DNA from: Leptonemataceae bacterium | Lineage (GTDB): Bacteria > Spirochaetota > Leptospiria > Leptospirales > Leptonemataceae | Direction of reading: 5' to 3' | Length of the DNA: 64,000 bases | Assembly: GCA_965227295.1 (NCBI GenBank) | Contig: OZ245742.1 | Coordinates: forward strand, 320,001-384,000 | In this document: in pieces, positions 49,547-59,949 of the stretch | Numbering within the stretch: position 1 is the stretch's first letter | Layout: the number at the start of each line of letters is the position of its first letter | Program-made: the position numbers and the translations under genes | Notes under the pieces: generated by a model | Database searches by the model: none | What the model saw: only the letters and a program-made list of their open reading frames with translations | What the model was told of the DNA's origin: nothing

Positions 49547-49795
49547 ATGCTTGAGCTTCGCCCCACCTGCGAGAACTGTAACACGGCGCTGCCGCCGGAC
49601 TCCGCCGACGCTCGCATCTGTAGCTTCGAATGCACGTTTTGCGCAAAGTGCGTCGACGAAATCTTAAACGGCATCTGCCCGAACTGCGGCGGCAACTTCG
49701 CCCCGCGACCCATCCGCCCCCCGGCGGCGCTGCGTCGGCATCCGGCCATCACAAAAGTCACGCACAATCCGTTGAGCGAACGATCACGTCCGTAA
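49547..49795 (+). CDS. DUF1272 domain-containing protein
   Basis: MLELRPTCENC...ARICSFECTFC...CPNCGGNFAPRPIRP; TATAAT at 49528-49533. Confidence 0.92.
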   Translation: MLELRPTCENCNTALPPDSADARICSFECTFCAKCVDEILNGICPNCGGNFAPRPIRPPAALRRHPAITKVTHNPLSERSRP

Positions 49796-49810
49796 CATCG
49801 TCAGACATCC

Positions 49811-50989
49811 ATGCCGTTTCGCATTCTCCTTACCTTCCTGCTCTGCTCCAGTTTGATTCTCGCGTGCAACTACGGCGCGGCCCGCCGCGCGACGGTCGGC
49901 ACGTCCGTGGCACCGCTGGTCTTCGTGCCCGGCCTCATGGGGTCCACGCTCTATGACACCGACGGCGAGCAGCTCTGGCTCACGCCGTCCCACGGCCTCG
50001 GCTGGAGCACGCCGGACCTCGGCCTGCCGCTTACCTGGATGAACGGCGTGCAAAGCGGCCCGCGCCTCGTCTCTCGCGGTTCGGTGCAGGCGGTGCAGAT
50101 CCTGTTCGGCCTCCTCGGCCAGGAAATCTACGCACCGTGGGAACGTGCCGCGGCAGAGTTTCCGAATCGCGAACTGCACGTCTTCGGCTACGACTGGCGC
50201 CGGGACAACAACGAGAACGCCGCCGCCCTGGAAGCTTTCCTGGTAAAACTGCGCGAACGCTACGGCGAACGGAAGATCGGCATCGTCGGCCACAGCATGG
50301 GCGGCATGCTTACCCTGGCCGTATTGAACAAACATCCGGACTGGTTTGATCGAGTGGTGTTCGCCGGCGTTCCGTTTCGCGGCGGCATCGGCCACCTGGA
50401 CAATCTGCGAGACGGCACGCCCATCGGCGCGAATGGGGAGCTGCTGACGCCGCCGGTGCTGTTCAGTCACCCGAGCGTGTTTTCGTTTTACCCGTCCGGC
50501 CAGGCCTGGGAAAACCAGGACACCGTGCTCGACGCAAGCCGCAAACCCATTCCGATAAACTTTTATTCAGGCAAAGTCTGGGAAAAATACGGCTTCGGTC
50601 CGTACGCCCCGGAGAACGCCGACTGGTTCAACGAAACCGCGGAGCAACTCGCGCACTTCGAACAACTCCTGGAACGCGGGCGACTCTTCCGTCGATCCAT
50701 GACACCGCGGCGGAACGTCGACTATCCGCCGGCCCTGGTACTCATGAGCAAGGACCATCCGACCATCGCCCGCATCCAGGTCGAAGAAGGCGCCGGCGCA
50801 AACACCGCCCATTGGCGGCACGATCCGGATCGCGAGCCCGGCGACTCCACCGTGCTGTACGCGGACGCCCTGCCGCCGGAACCGATTCGCTACGCGGTCC
50901 ATCTGACGAAGTACGAGCACTCGTATTTGTTGAACGATCCCGCGGCGCAAGAACGCATCGCGGAGTTTCTGGGCGATGCGCTACAATGA
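49811..50989 (+). CDS. Lipoprotein, LCAT/PGAP1-like alpha/beta hydrolase (lipase/acyltransferase)
   Basis: Lipobox LILAC; FVPGLMGS, YDWRRD, GHSMGG, GDSTV, EHSYL. Confidence 0.88.
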   Translation: MPFRILLTFLLCSSLILACNYGAARRATVGTSVAPLVFVPGLMGSTLYDTDGEQLWLTPSHGLGWSTPDLGLPLTWMNGVQSGPRLVSRGSVQAVQILFGLLGQEIYAPWERAAAEFPNRELHVFGYDWRRDNNENAAALEAFLVKLRERYGERKIGIVGHSMGGMLTLAVLNKHPDWFDRVVFAGVPFRGGIGHLDNLRDGTPIGANGELLTPPVLFSHPSVFSFYPSGQAWENQDTVLDASRKPIPINFYSGKVWEKYGFGPYAPENADWFNETAEQLAHFEQLLERGRLFRRSMTPRRNVDYPPALVLMSKDHPTIARIQVEEGAGANTAHWRHDPDREPGDSTVLYADALPPEPIRYAVHLTKYEHSYLLNDPAAQERIAEFLGDALQ

Positions 50990-51343
50990 AGCGACGGCGT
51001 CATCGACGGTGTCGAAGATGCCGACGGGTTGATGGGTGCCGCCGACGGTAAGCAACTTGCGGATGTAGGCGTTGTCGGTGACGACGCAGAGTTTGCCGCC
51101 GCGTTCTTCGCACTCGCTACCGACGGCGAAGATGGAGCTGATGAACGACGAATCGATGCGCTTGACCTGGCTGCAATCGAGGACGAGGTTCGCGGCGCGA
51201 CCCTTAATCATCCCCGTAACCTTAAAGCGGAAGTCCACGGTCATGTCCATGCGCAACGTGGAATCGGCGAACTTCAGAACGCAGTGGTCGTCGGCGTAGC
51301 TAACGCTGGTCTGCACGGCATTAGAAACCGGCGCCCGCCTCAC
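50981..51343 (-). CDS. STAS domain protein (anti-sigma factor antagonist)
   Basis: LVLDCSQVKRIDSS...RGGKLCVV...IFDTVDDAV; the start may be GTG 51316. Confidence 0.88.
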   Translation of the reverse strand: MRRAPVSNAVQTSVSYADDHCVLKFADSTLRMDMTVDFRFKVTGMIKGRAANLVLDCSQVKRIDSSFISSIFAVGSECEERGGKLCVVTDNAYIRKLLTVGGTHQPVGIFDTVDDAVASL

Positions 51344-51390
51344 ACTGCAAGTAGAAAATCAAAGACAGTTAGTAAACGTTCACTGCCTAC

Positions 51391-52548
51391 TCAAGAGCCC
51401 ACGGTATTGCGACCGGCGTTCTTCGCCTGGTAGAGCGCGCGGTCCGCCTTCTCAATGAGCTTCGAGGGCCGCGACAGCAAACCCGGAACAGCGGTGGCCA
51501 GGCCCAGACTGATCGTAACACGTTCGTGGGGAGACTCCGAGTGCGTCTCGGCAAGTTTGTAAACGGCCTCACGCAGACTCTCGGCGATGGTCCGCGCCTG
51601 CTCGCTGTCCACGTCCGGCAGGATCGCCGCAAACTCCTCGCCGCCGTACCGCGCGAGGATGCAACCGTTGTCCGCCACCGTGGCTTCCAGGGCGCCGGCC
51701 ACGGCCCGCAAACAACGGTCCCCGGCCTGGTGTCCGTACGTATCGTTGTACTTCTTGAAGTAGTCCACGTCGATCATCAAGAGCGAGAGCGGCGCATGAC
51801 CGCGCATGGCCTGGCGCCAGGAGATGTCCAGGTAACGATCGAAGAAGCGGCGATTGGGAACGCCGGTGAGTTCGTCGTGAATTGAGATGCTGCGAAAGAT
51901 GATGTTCGCGGTCTTCAGGTCCTCGGTCATGCGACGCAGATCGCCGGCGGTGCTCTTGAGTCGCGCAATCTCCTCGCTGCGGGCCACCGCGGCGTGCATG
52001 CGCGCGGGCAACTCCACGTCGAAGCTCGGTCCGCGGCAAATGAAGTCCGCCGCCCCCGCTTCGAAGGCCCGGATCATTGCCTCGGGATGATTCGGATTGC
52101 CGACGAGAATGACGGGCACGTGGCCGTACTCTTCGCTGCCGGAAATGCGTTCGAGCAATTCCAGCGAGGCCTGAAAGCCGCCGTCTTCTTCGAGATCGAT
52201 CAAAAACAAGACCACGTCTTCCGGCGTCGTCGAATCTTCGGCGTCACTCGTGTAGAAGACCAGTTGCTCGTTTGCTTCGGTGGCGGAAGCGTACTCGACC
52301 CAGGCGATGCGCGCCTGCATGCGCCCGGCATATTCGGATAGCTGCGGAACAAGGCCGCGCTGGCGCGATGAATCCGTGATCAGTAAAACTCTTTTTTGTG
52401 TGCCGGTCTGCACAAGCATGCAATATGAGACGAAAAAGTTTGGATCGCTCTTCAGGGAACGTATGTCCGACAGCGTTTCAGGCGTCATCTCGTTTCTCCT
52501 TTTTGATAAGACGCTTGCGAAGGAGATTCTCCGGTCCATTCTCGTCAC
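51391..52548 (-). CDS. Diguanylate cyclase with receiver-like domain (PleD/WspR-like)
   Basis: DELTGVPNRR, DVDYFKKYNDTYGHQAGD, ARYGGEEF, ADRALYQAKNAGRN; start uncertain. Confidence 0.93.
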   Translation of the reverse strand: MTRMDRRISFASVLSKRRNEMTPETLSDIRSLKSDPNFFVSYCMLVQTGTQKRVLLITDSSRQRGLVPQLSEYAGRMQARIAWVEYASATEANEQLVFYTSDAEDSTTPEDVVLFLIDLEEDGGFQASLELLERISGSEEYGHVPVILVGNPNHPEAMIRAFEAGAADFICRGPSFDVELPARMHAAVARSEEIARLKSTAGDLRRMTEDLKTANIIFRSISIHDELTGVPNRRFFDRYLDISWRQAMRGHAPLSLLMIDVDYFKKYNDTYGHQAGDRCLRAVAGALEATVADNGCILARYGGEEFAAILPDVDSEQARTIAESLREAVYKLAETHSESPHERVTISLGLATAVPGLLSRPSKLIEKADRALYQAKNAGRNTVGS

Positions 52549-52575
52549 ATCTAACTGAATTCTAATGTTACGACT

Positions 52576-53232
52576 ATGAGCCCTTCATCGCCCACCGCGA
52601 GCCGTGCATCGCTCTGGATCTTTCGCGTCTTTCTTACGTATACGATCCTGCTGCCCGGCCTTGCCACGATTTCCGTCTACGCGTACTTTTTAGCGCCGCC
52701 GCCGGAATGGGCGCGTTTTCTGCTGTGGATCGGCGGCATCGCCCTTGTGGGCGTCTATCTGGCCACGCTGAATTATTTTACGGTTCCTGCTTCTCCCGCA
52801 ACGGCGTTGTTGCTCCTGCTGGACACGCCGCTCATCCTATTGCCTCAGTTTTACGATGCGGGCGGCATGAACGGCGCGTCGATAGCCGCGTTTCTCGTCA
52901 CGGACTTCTGGGCCGAGGCCGCCGGCACGGGCCTGGCAATCACGATCCTCGCGCTCCGCGAAGGCCAATCCCCGGTGGTTCCGCTGATCATCTTCGCGGC
53001 GGCCAACGCTCTTTTCGGTCCGGCCGTTTTTGAAATCTTCGCGGAACGTTCGATCTTCGCCTGGGCCGGCCTGGCTTTCGCGTTCGCACTCAGCACCGTA
53101 AACGACTACCGCGTCATGCACGCGAGCCTGCGCGGCGGTCATCGGCCGAACGAAGAGTTCATGCACATCGTCGGCGGCATCCTCTTCTGGACGACGGCGT
53201 TGTTTCTATCGTTCGGCGGAGTGTTTCAGTAA
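52576..53232 (+). CDS. Hypothetical membrane protein
   Basis: 218 aa with about seven TM segments. Confidence 0.75.
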   Translation: MSPSSPTASRASLWIFRVFLTYTILLPGLATISVYAYFLAPPPEWARFLLWIGGIALVGVYLATLNYFTVPASPATALLLLLDTPLILLPQFYDAGGMNGASIAAFLVTDFWAEAAGTGLAITILALREGQSPVVPLIIFAAANALFGPAVFEIFAERSIFAWAGLAFAFALSTVNDYRVMHASLRGGHRPNEEFMHIVGGILFWTTALFLSFGGVFQ

Positions 53233-53248
53233 GGGCCGAGCTCTTCAA

Positions 53249-53746
53249 CTACGGCGCGTCTCCGGATTTCTGAAACCGTTCCAGTAGCTGAACAGTGCGT
53301 TCCGGGAGGGCGCCGTCGTGAACATCCTGCAGCGCTTTCACAATGCGATCGGGGCGGTCGTGGTACTCCGCGTACTTAGCGTTCGTGGATTCGAGGAGTA
53401 TCGTGAGAAAGATGTTCAGCGACTTGAGGTAGCGATCCCGGGCATCGCCGCGAACACCGTCGGTGCGAGCGTGGCGCGCGAAGATTTCTCCTTCCAGGCG
53501 CAACAGCTCGGCCAGGACAATGCACTTGTCGTGATAGAGACTGCGATCGGCGGACTGCATCATCATGAGCGTTTCGTAGGCCAGAGACCCGATGAGATCG
53601 CTGTTCACGCCGAGATATTGACGATAGACTTGCTCGATCTCATAGCTGGCGTCGTCGAACTGCTCGTCTTTGAGGAACTTCGCCAGGCGCTGTAGCAGCC
53701 GTCCGAATTGCTCGATCATGAAAAGGATGTAGTCTTTCTGGTACAT
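53249..53746 (-). CDS. DUF6483-like protein
   Basis: MYQKDYILFMIEQFGRLL N-terminus; helical. Confidence 0.7.
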   Translation of the reverse strand: MYQKDYILFMIEQFGRLLQRLAKFLKDEQFDDASYEIEQVYRQYLGVNSDLIGSLAYETLMMMQSADRSLYHDKCIVLAELLRLEGEIFARHARTDGVRGDARDRYLKSLNIFLTILLESTNAKYAEYHDRPDRIVKALQDVHDGALPERTVQLLERFQKSGDAP

Positions 53747-53835
53747 GCTGCGCGGACCGCGAACGGCTTGAAACATAGCATGAGTTTGATTACACTGAAG
53801 GCAAGCAATTCCCGAAACCATATGGAGGTATTTCC

Positions 53836-55002
53836 GTGTCTACCGACGACATCCGGTTAAATCCCGGCGACCCCGAAGAACAGACCAATCCCGACAAACT
53901 CCGCGCCTTTCGCGAGGTTTCCACCGAGGCCTCCGTCTCCCGCGAGGCGGGCATCAAAGAAGAAAGCGCCGCGCCGAAGCTCAAATGGCTTCTGCTGCTC
54001 GCCGCCCTGGGCGGCCTCGCTTACTTCGTACTAACATCTACCGATTTTGAGTTAAACTCAGCTCCGCCGCCGGAGGAACACGTCGGCGAAGACAACGCCC
54101 GTGCGCCCGCACGCCCCGAACCGCTGTTCATCCTGGGCGGCGACGGCGAGGGCCACGTCGATCACATCGCCGAACTGGAGTACGCCCTCACCGGCGACAC
54201 CGAGTTTCTTTCGTCCGGCAACCGCGTACAGAAGCTGGCCTTTCGACCGGACGGCGCCGTGCTCGCGTCGGCCGCGGAACACGACCTCATCCTGTGGAAT
54301 GCCGAAACCGGCGCCATCGTCGCGCGCACGACTTACGCCGAGCACGTCGACGCGGCGGATCTCTGGATTCACTGGATCACCTTTGATCGCACCGGGGAGC
54401 GACTGCTGCTTTTACCGGAACACGGCGAGCTGCTCGTCTTCGACGCGCATGACCTGGAATTCCTGGAAGCCGTCGATCGCCCTCCCGGCATAGTATACGA
54501 TTATCGCCGGGGCAAGGATGGGCGGGTGTGGGTTGTCTTCGGCATGGACGAAATCGCCGTACAAAGATGGAAGGATGAGGCCGAAGGCGGCGGCGCAGAA
54601 ATCGTTTATCGCCGCAAACTCGATGCGCAGCGCGAACTCTACGAACTGCAGTTCGATCCGGATCAACAACGCCTGAAGATCGTATACACCACCCTGGAAC
54701 GTCTTGTCGATACCGCAACCGACACGGTCCTCGCCGAGAGCGAACTCGACGAAGCTCCGCAGTACGACGGCGGCTTCAGCGGCGAAAAGGTCCTGGCCGA
54801 GAACGAACAGTTGCGCATCGTCTCGGATATCCTCGACGATTTCGCGTACGCCAACGCCGTGGAAGACGGCCGTACCGTCAGCGAACTCCGTCACAATCGC
54901 GCGGTGAGCTGCGCCGCGTTCGCGCCGGACGGCCGAACCCTGGCCACCGCCGGTTACGATATGTACGTACGCATCTGGAAGACGCCGCAGTTACAGCAAT
55001 AG
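53836..55002 (+). CDS. Membrane-anchored WD40-repeat protein
   Basis: VQKLAFRPDGAVLASAA...LWN; VSCAAFAPDGRTLATAGYDMYVRIW; GGAGG RBS. Confidence 0.85.
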   Translation: MSTDDIRLNPGDPEEQTNPDKLRAFREVSTEASVSREAGIKEESAAPKLKWLLLLAALGGLAYFVLTSTDFELNSAPPPEEHVGEDNARAPARPEPLFILGGDGEGHVDHIAELEYALTGDTEFLSSGNRVQKLAFRPDGAVLASAAEHDLILWNAETGAIVARTTYAEHVDAADLWIHWITFDRTGERLLLLPEHGELLVFDAHDLEFLEAVDRPPGIVYDYRRGKDGRVWVVFGMDEIAVQRWKDEAEGGGAEIVYRRKLDAQRELYELQFDPDQQRLKIVYTTLERLVDTATDTVLAESELDEAPQYDGGFSGEKVLAENEQLRIVSDILDDFAYANAVEDGRTVSELRHNRAVSCAAFAPDGRTLATAGYDMYVRIWKTPQLQQ

Positions 55003-55056
55003 CATGTCTGTGATATTTGACTTGCGCGTCCGTGTTATCGCAACACTTTGCCGGAA

Positions 55057-56301
55057 ATGGCCCTGATCGTTCAAAAATACGGCGGCACTTCCCTCGGCGA
55101 TACGGATCGCATTCATAACGTCGCCAATCGCATCAAGACCTACTACGATAAAGGGCACAACCTGGTGGTCGTACTTTCCGCGATGGGCAAGACCACCGAT
55201 CATCTCGTCAGCCTCGCCGCGGCCCTGCACTCGAATCCCAGCAAACGCGAAATGGACATGCTGCTCTCCACCGGCGAGCAGGTATCGATCGCCCTCATGG
55301 CCATGGCCCTGGACGCCCTGGGTATTCCCGCCATCTCTTTGACCGGCGCGCAGGTCGGCGTAAAAACGACGAACCGTTTCAGTGAAGCGCGCATCGAGTC
55401 CATCGACACCGAACGCGTGCAGTCTCATCTGAACGAACGCCGCGTGTGTTTGATCGCCGGCTTTCAGGGCGTGGACCATGAATTCAACATCACCACGTTG
55501 GGCCGCGGCGGCAGCGATACCTCGGCAGTGGCCATGGCGGTGGCCCTGGGCGCGAGTGAATGTGAAATCTTCACCGACGTGGACGGCGTGTACACCACGG
55601 ACCCGAACAAAGTTCCCGCCGCGCGTAAAGTCGAGCGCATCAGCTACGAAGAGATGCTCGAACTCGCTCGCCTGGGCGCGGGCGTGCTGCACAGCCGCAG
55701 CGTGGAGATGGCCTCGAAGTACAAGGTCGTCCTGCACGTGCGGTCGAGCTTTAACAACGCAAAGGGCACGCTGGTCGTGCCGGAGGATCAGATCATGGAA
55801 AAAGTTCTCGTACGCGGCGTCACGCTGAAGACCGACGAAGCCCGCATCTCCGCCGTGGACATTCCGGACCGCCCCGGCCTCGCCGCCGATCTCTTCGGTC
55901 GCCTGGCCGACTCCGACATCAACGTCGACATGATCGTACAGACCGTCGGTTACGACGGCGAAAATACGATCTCATTCACCGTACCGCAAAAGGATTTGCT
56001 CCAGGCGCGGCAGGTCGTCACCGACTGGGAGCAATCCGTCGGCGCCGGCCGCGTGGAAGTGGACGAGAAGATCGCCATCGTCTCCGCCGTGGGCATCGGC
56101 ATGAAGTCGCACTCCGGCGTCGCCGCCACCATGTTTAGAGCCCTCGCGGAAATCGGCGCAAACATTGAAATGATCAGCACGAGCGAAATCAAAATCTCCG
56201 TCGTCCTGCAACCGGAGCAGGGCCGCCCCGCTCTGGAAGCCTTGCATAAGGCCTTCGCCCTGGACGGCGACGCGGGCGAAGTTTCCGAACTCAAAGGCTG
56301 A
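55057..56301 (+). CDS. lysC: Aspartate kinase
   Basis: [38 protein letters not shown]; two ACT domains. Confidence 0.96.
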   Translation: MALIVQKYGGTSLGDTDRIHNVANRIKTYYDKGHNLVVVLSAMGKTTDHLVSLAAALHSNPSKREMDMLLSTGEQVSIALMAMALDALGIPAISLTGAQVGVKTTNRFSEARIESIDTERVQSHLNERRVCLIAGFQGVDHEFNITTLGRGGSDTSAVAMAVALGASECEIFTDVDGVYTTDPNKVPAARKVERISYEEMLELARLGAGVLHSRSVEMASKYKVVLHVRSSFNNAKGTLVVPEDQIMEKVLVRGVTLKTDEARISAVDIPDRPGLAADLFGRLADSDINVDMIVQTVGYDGENTISFTVPQKDLLQARQVVTDWEQSVGAGRVEVDEKIAIVSAVGIGMKSHSGVAATMFRALAEIGANIEMISTSEIKISVVLQPEQGRPALEALHKAFALDGDAGEVSELKG

Positions 56302-56304
56302 GCC

Positions 56305-57108
56305 GTGAGTGATGCGCGTCCCATCGGCGTCTTCGACTCCGGCCTGGGCGGCCTGACCGTTCTCGCCGAACTCGTCAAGGCCCTGCCCGGCGAATCCTTT
56401 CTCTACTTCGGCGATACCGCGCGCGTTCCGTACGGCGCGAAGTCCCGGCGCATCGTGCAGCGCTACTCAGAGGAAGTCAGCGACTACCTGGTCGGCCGGA
56501 ACATCAAGTTTCTCATCGTCGCCTGCAATACCGCCACCGCCCACGCGGAAGATATTTTACGCGCGCGCCTGGCGCCGAAGAACATTCCGGTACTCGGTGT
56601 GATTCAGCCGGGCGTGGAGAGTCTGCTCGCGCGAACGAAGAACCGACGCGTGGGTGTCCTGGCCACACGCTCTACTACGAAGTCCGGCGAGTACGTGCGC
56701 CGCATCCTGGAACGCAGTCCGGGCACGCAGGTCTTTACGAAGGCGTGCCCGTTATTCGTGCCGCTCGTAGAAGAGGGCTGGACCGAAAAACGCATTACGC
56801 GGCTCGTTATCCAGGAGTACCTTTCCGAACTTGACCGCGAAGAAGTGGACACCGTTGTTCTCGGCTGCACGCACTATCCGCTGCTCAAACCCGCCATCCG
56901 CGAAGAGTTTCCGAATCTTCATCTCGTGGATTCGAGCGAAGAGACCGCGCGCTTCGCCGTCCGTGTCCTGGATGAAGGTAGCCTGCGTAGTGACGCGGCC
57001 ACCGGCAGTGTGCGCATTGAACTATCGGACCTTACCGATCAAATGAACGAACTGGAGAAACTTCTGGCCGGCCTCGCAATTGAAAGCGTGGTGGAAGTAA
57101 ATCTTTGA
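56305..57108 (+). CDS. murI: Glutamate racemase
   Basis: IGVFDSGLGGL, VACNTAT, LGCTHYP. Confidence 0.96.
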   Translation: MSDARPIGVFDSGLGGLTVLAELVKALPGESFLYFGDTARVPYGAKSRRIVQRYSEEVSDYLVGRNIKFLIVACNTATAHAEDILRARLAPKNIPVLGVIQPGVESLLARTKNRRVGVLATRSTTKSGEYVRRILERSPGTQVFTKACPLFVPLVEEGWTEKRITRLVIQEYLSELDREEVDTVVLGCTHYPLLKPAIREEFPNLHLVDSSEETARFAVRVLDEGSLRSDAATGSVRIELSDLTDQMNELEKLLAGLAIESVVEVNL

Positions 57109-57143
57109 ACGCGCGTAAAACTTTCCCCGGCGGTTAAACTTTC
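57097..57143. repeat. Three 11-nt direct repeats at 18-nt spacing (possible operator)
   Basis: GTAAATCTTTG (57097), GTAAAACTTTC (57115), GTTAAACTTTC (57133). Confidence 0.5.
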
Positions 57144-57221
57144 TCCTGCAAATTTTTAGCGAATGATGGTTGCCCCTCTGCCGCCGTTGTCATATGTTCG
57201 CCGCGACGTCAGGTCGAACTT

Positions 57222-57590
57222 ATGCCCGGTGGAGAATCCATACTGAGCGCGCGCACGGAAGCTGTGGTCGACGGTGTCGGCGGCATCGGCGTTCTGGCGA
57301 CCTGCGATGCAAACGGCAACATAGCCGTGAGCCTCGACGGCACTCCGCTCATCTCCACCCAGGACGACATCCTCGATAATCTGTACAATCTACGCGTTGC
57401 CCGCAATTCCGTACTGGAAAAACTGCCGACCCTGCTTCATGAACTCGAACAGCACGTCCTCGCGGACGCCGGGCACGCCCCCGCGGACGAGAGCGGGGAC
57501 TGGCGCCGCGAACGCTGTGATCGCGGACGCAAGGGCTGCGCGGAACTCACAGAAATGGTCTACGGCGTCTACGGACACCGGGACGATTAA
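57222..57590 (+). CDS. Hypothetical protein, paralog A
   Basis: Shares VDGVGG...GNI...DNLYxLRxARNSVL with the downstream ORF. Confidence 0.75.
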   Translation: MPGGESILSARTEAVVDGVGGIGVLATCDANGNIAVSLDGTPLISTQDDILDNLYNLRVARNSVLEKLPTLLHELEQHVLADAGHAPADESGDWRRERCDRGRKGCAELTEMVYGVYGHRDD

Positions 57591-57631
57591 CTATGCGAAA
57601 CATAAAAAAGTTAAACCTTTCGCATAGTTAA
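57587..57631. repeat. Perfect 14-bp inverted repeat between the paralogs
   Basis: TTAACTATGCGAAA (57587-57600) / TTTCGCATAGTTAA (57618-57631). Confidence 0.75.
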
Positions 57632-57729
57632 CGGCTGCCGCAGGGCGAAATAAATCGAAAAAATATCTTGCCGCAAATAGGCCTTAAGGATTAGTTTTCA
57701 AAGCTAACTCGCGGGGCGCGGAGGTTCCG

Positions 57730-58041
57730 ATGGCGGCGGAAAAGAAAGGCGGCATGCTGGTAGCGCAGACCGAGGTGACGGTGGACGGTGTCGGCGGCCA
57801 TTCGGTCCTCGTAGTAGCGGACAGCTCCGGCAACATCAGCCTGAGCTACGAAGGACAACCCGTCGCCTCGTCCGAGGACAGCGAAGACGACAACCTCTAC
57901 CGCCTGCGTACGGCGCGGAATTCCGTGCTCGCCGCCTTCCAGGATCTTTTGGGCGAACTCGAAGCACTGGCCGGGTCCGAGGGAAACAGTACCGCCGCGA
58001 GCAACGTCACCAACCTGCGCGCCATCCTCGCAAAAGTCTGA
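57730..58041 (+). CDS. Hypothetical protein, paralog B
   Basis: GGAGG RBS; same conserved block as 57222-57590. Confidence 0.8.
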   Translation: MAAEKKGGMLVAQTEVTVDGVGGHSVLVVADSSGNISLSYEGQPVASSEDSEDDNLYRLRTARNSVLAAFQDLLGELEALAGSEGNSTAASNVTNLRAILAKV

Positions 58042-58086
58042 GCTTTTTCCGATTTACGGCGCGTCCCCGGGCGGCTCTGTGACAGC

Positions 58087-59949
58087 GTGCAGGCTCCCAC
58101 CGATCCCGCCTTCCTGCTACGGGAAGTTTTCGGTTACGAATCGTTCCGTGGCCCGCAGGCCGACATCATCCAGCACGTCCTCCAGGGCAACGACTCCCTC
58201 GTTCTCATGCCTACCGGCGGCGGCAAGTCGCTGTGCTATCAAATCCCGGCCATCATTCGTCCGGGCACGGGCATCGTCATCTCCCCGCTCATCGCGCTCA
58301 TGCAGGACCAGGTCGAGGCGCTCAAGCAGGCCGGTGTGCGCGCCGCCTTTCTGAACTCGTCACTCGAATTCCATGAGGCCCGGGAAGTTGAGGAGCGTCT
58401 GCTCGCCGGGCAGCTCGATCTGCTCTACGTCGCACCGGAACGTGCGGTGACGCCGAACTTCCTGGCGCTTTTGCAGAGAATTCCCGAGCCGGCCCTGGTC
58501 GCCATCGACGAAGCCCACTGCGTCTCCCAGTGGGGCCACGACTTTCGGCCGGAGTACCTGCGCCTGAACGAACTGGCCGATCGTTTTCGAAACACCCCGC
58601 GCATCGCCCTCACCGCCACCGCGGACAACGTCACGCGCAAAGAAATCGCGGAGAAGCTCGGACTAACGGAGGCGCGACAGTTCGTCTCCAGCTTCGACCG
58701 GCCGAACATTCGTTATCACGTCGAACTCAAGAACAGCCCGCGGCGACAATTGCTGGGCATCCTGAGCAGCCGCCACCGGCGCGATGCGGGCATTGTTTAC
58801 TGCCTCTCCCGCCGTAAGACCGAAGACACCGCGGAATTTCTCCGGCGCGAGGGCTTCGATGCGATTCCCTATCACGCGGGCCTCGCACCGGAAGTCCGCG
58901 CGGAGCACCAACGGCGTTTTGTTCGGGAAGAGGGCGTGGTCGTCGTGGCCACCGTCGCCTTCGGCATGGGCATCGACAAACCGGACGTGCGTTTCGTCGC
59001 GCACCTGGATATGCCGAAGAGCATTGAAGCCTACTACCAGGAAACCGGACGCGCCGGTCGGGACGGCCTGCCCTCGAACGCGTTTTTATTCTACAGCCTG
59101 GCGGACGTCGTCGCGCTGCGCCAGATGATCGGACGATCGGAGCCGCAGCGGGAGCCGGCCAACCCGGAGGAGTACGAGCAGTTTCGCCTCGTAACACAGC
59201 GCCGCCTGGACACCATGCTCGGCTACGCCGAGAGCGCGCGGTGCCGGCGCCAGGTTCTCTTAGAGTACTTTGGTGAGAAGTTAGAGAAAAAATGCGGGAA
59301 CTGCGACGTCTGCCTGGGCCCGGAGGGTTCTTTTGAGACCTTCGACGGCACCATTTTGGCGCAGAAGGCGCTCTCGTGCGTCTACCGCACGGGGCAACGC
59401 TTCGGCGCCGGTTATTTGATCGACGTACTGTTGGGTCGAGAGAACGAGCGCATGGTTCGTTTCGGCCACGAGCGCGTCTCCACATTCGGCATCGGCACGG
59501 AACTGTCCGAGGCTGAATGGAAGTCCGTCTTTCGGCAGTTGGTGGCCGGCGGTTACCTGGACGTCGACCTCGACGAGTACGCCGGTTTTCGACTTTCGGA
59601 GCGCTCGAAGCCCGTACTCAAAGGCGAAGAAAACGTAACCTTACGTAAGGATCCCCTGCCCCGCAAGGGCAAGAGCAGCCGCCGCGCCGCCGAGGACGTG
59701 CCGGACCTGGATTCGGAAGCACAAGATCTCTTCGAAGCGCTGCGCGCGGTTCGTCTGGAGCTGGCCCGGGAAAACAACCTGGCCCCGTACATGATCTTTC
59801 ACGACAGCACGCTGCGGGAAATCGCCGTGCGACGACCGCAGTCCGCGTCGGAATTCGAGAGTATTTCCGGCGTGGGCCAGAAGAAACTCGCAAATTACGG
59901 CGAGGCCTTTCTCAGTGCCGTGCGGGACCATGGAAACACGCAACCGTAA
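58087..59949 (+). CDS. recQ: ATP-dependent DNA helicase RecQ
   Basis: [39 protein letters not shown]; Zn-binding RQC and HRDC domains. Confidence 0.97.
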   Translation: MQAPTDPAFLLREVFGYESFRGPQADIIQHVLQGNDSLVLMPTGGGKSLCYQIPAIIRPGTGIVISPLIALMQDQVEALKQAGVRAAFLNSSLEFHEAREVEERLLAGQLDLLYVAPERAVTPNFLALLQRIPEPALVAIDEAHCVSQWGHDFRPEYLRLNELADRFRNTPRIALTATADNVTRKEIAEKLGLTEARQFVSSFDRPNIRYHVELKNSPRRQLLGILSSRHRRDAGIVYCLSRRKTEDTAEFLRREGFDAIPYHAGLAPEVRAEHQRRFVREEGVVVVATVAFGMGIDKPDVRFVAHLDMPKSIEAYYQETGRAGRDGLPSNAFLFYSLADVVALRQMIGRSEPQREPANPEEYEQFRLVTQRRLDTMLGYAESARCRRQVLLEYFGEKLEKKCGNCDVCLGPEGSFETFDGTILAQKALSCVYRTGQRFGAGYLIDVLLGRENERMVRFGHERVSTFGIGTELSEAEWKSVFRQLVAGGYLDVDLDEYAGFRLSERSKPVLKGEENVTLRKDPLPRKGKSSRRAAEDVPDLDSEAQDLFEALRAVRLELARENNLAPYMIFHDSTLREIAVRRPQSASEFESISGVGQKKLANYGEAFLSAVRDHGNTQP

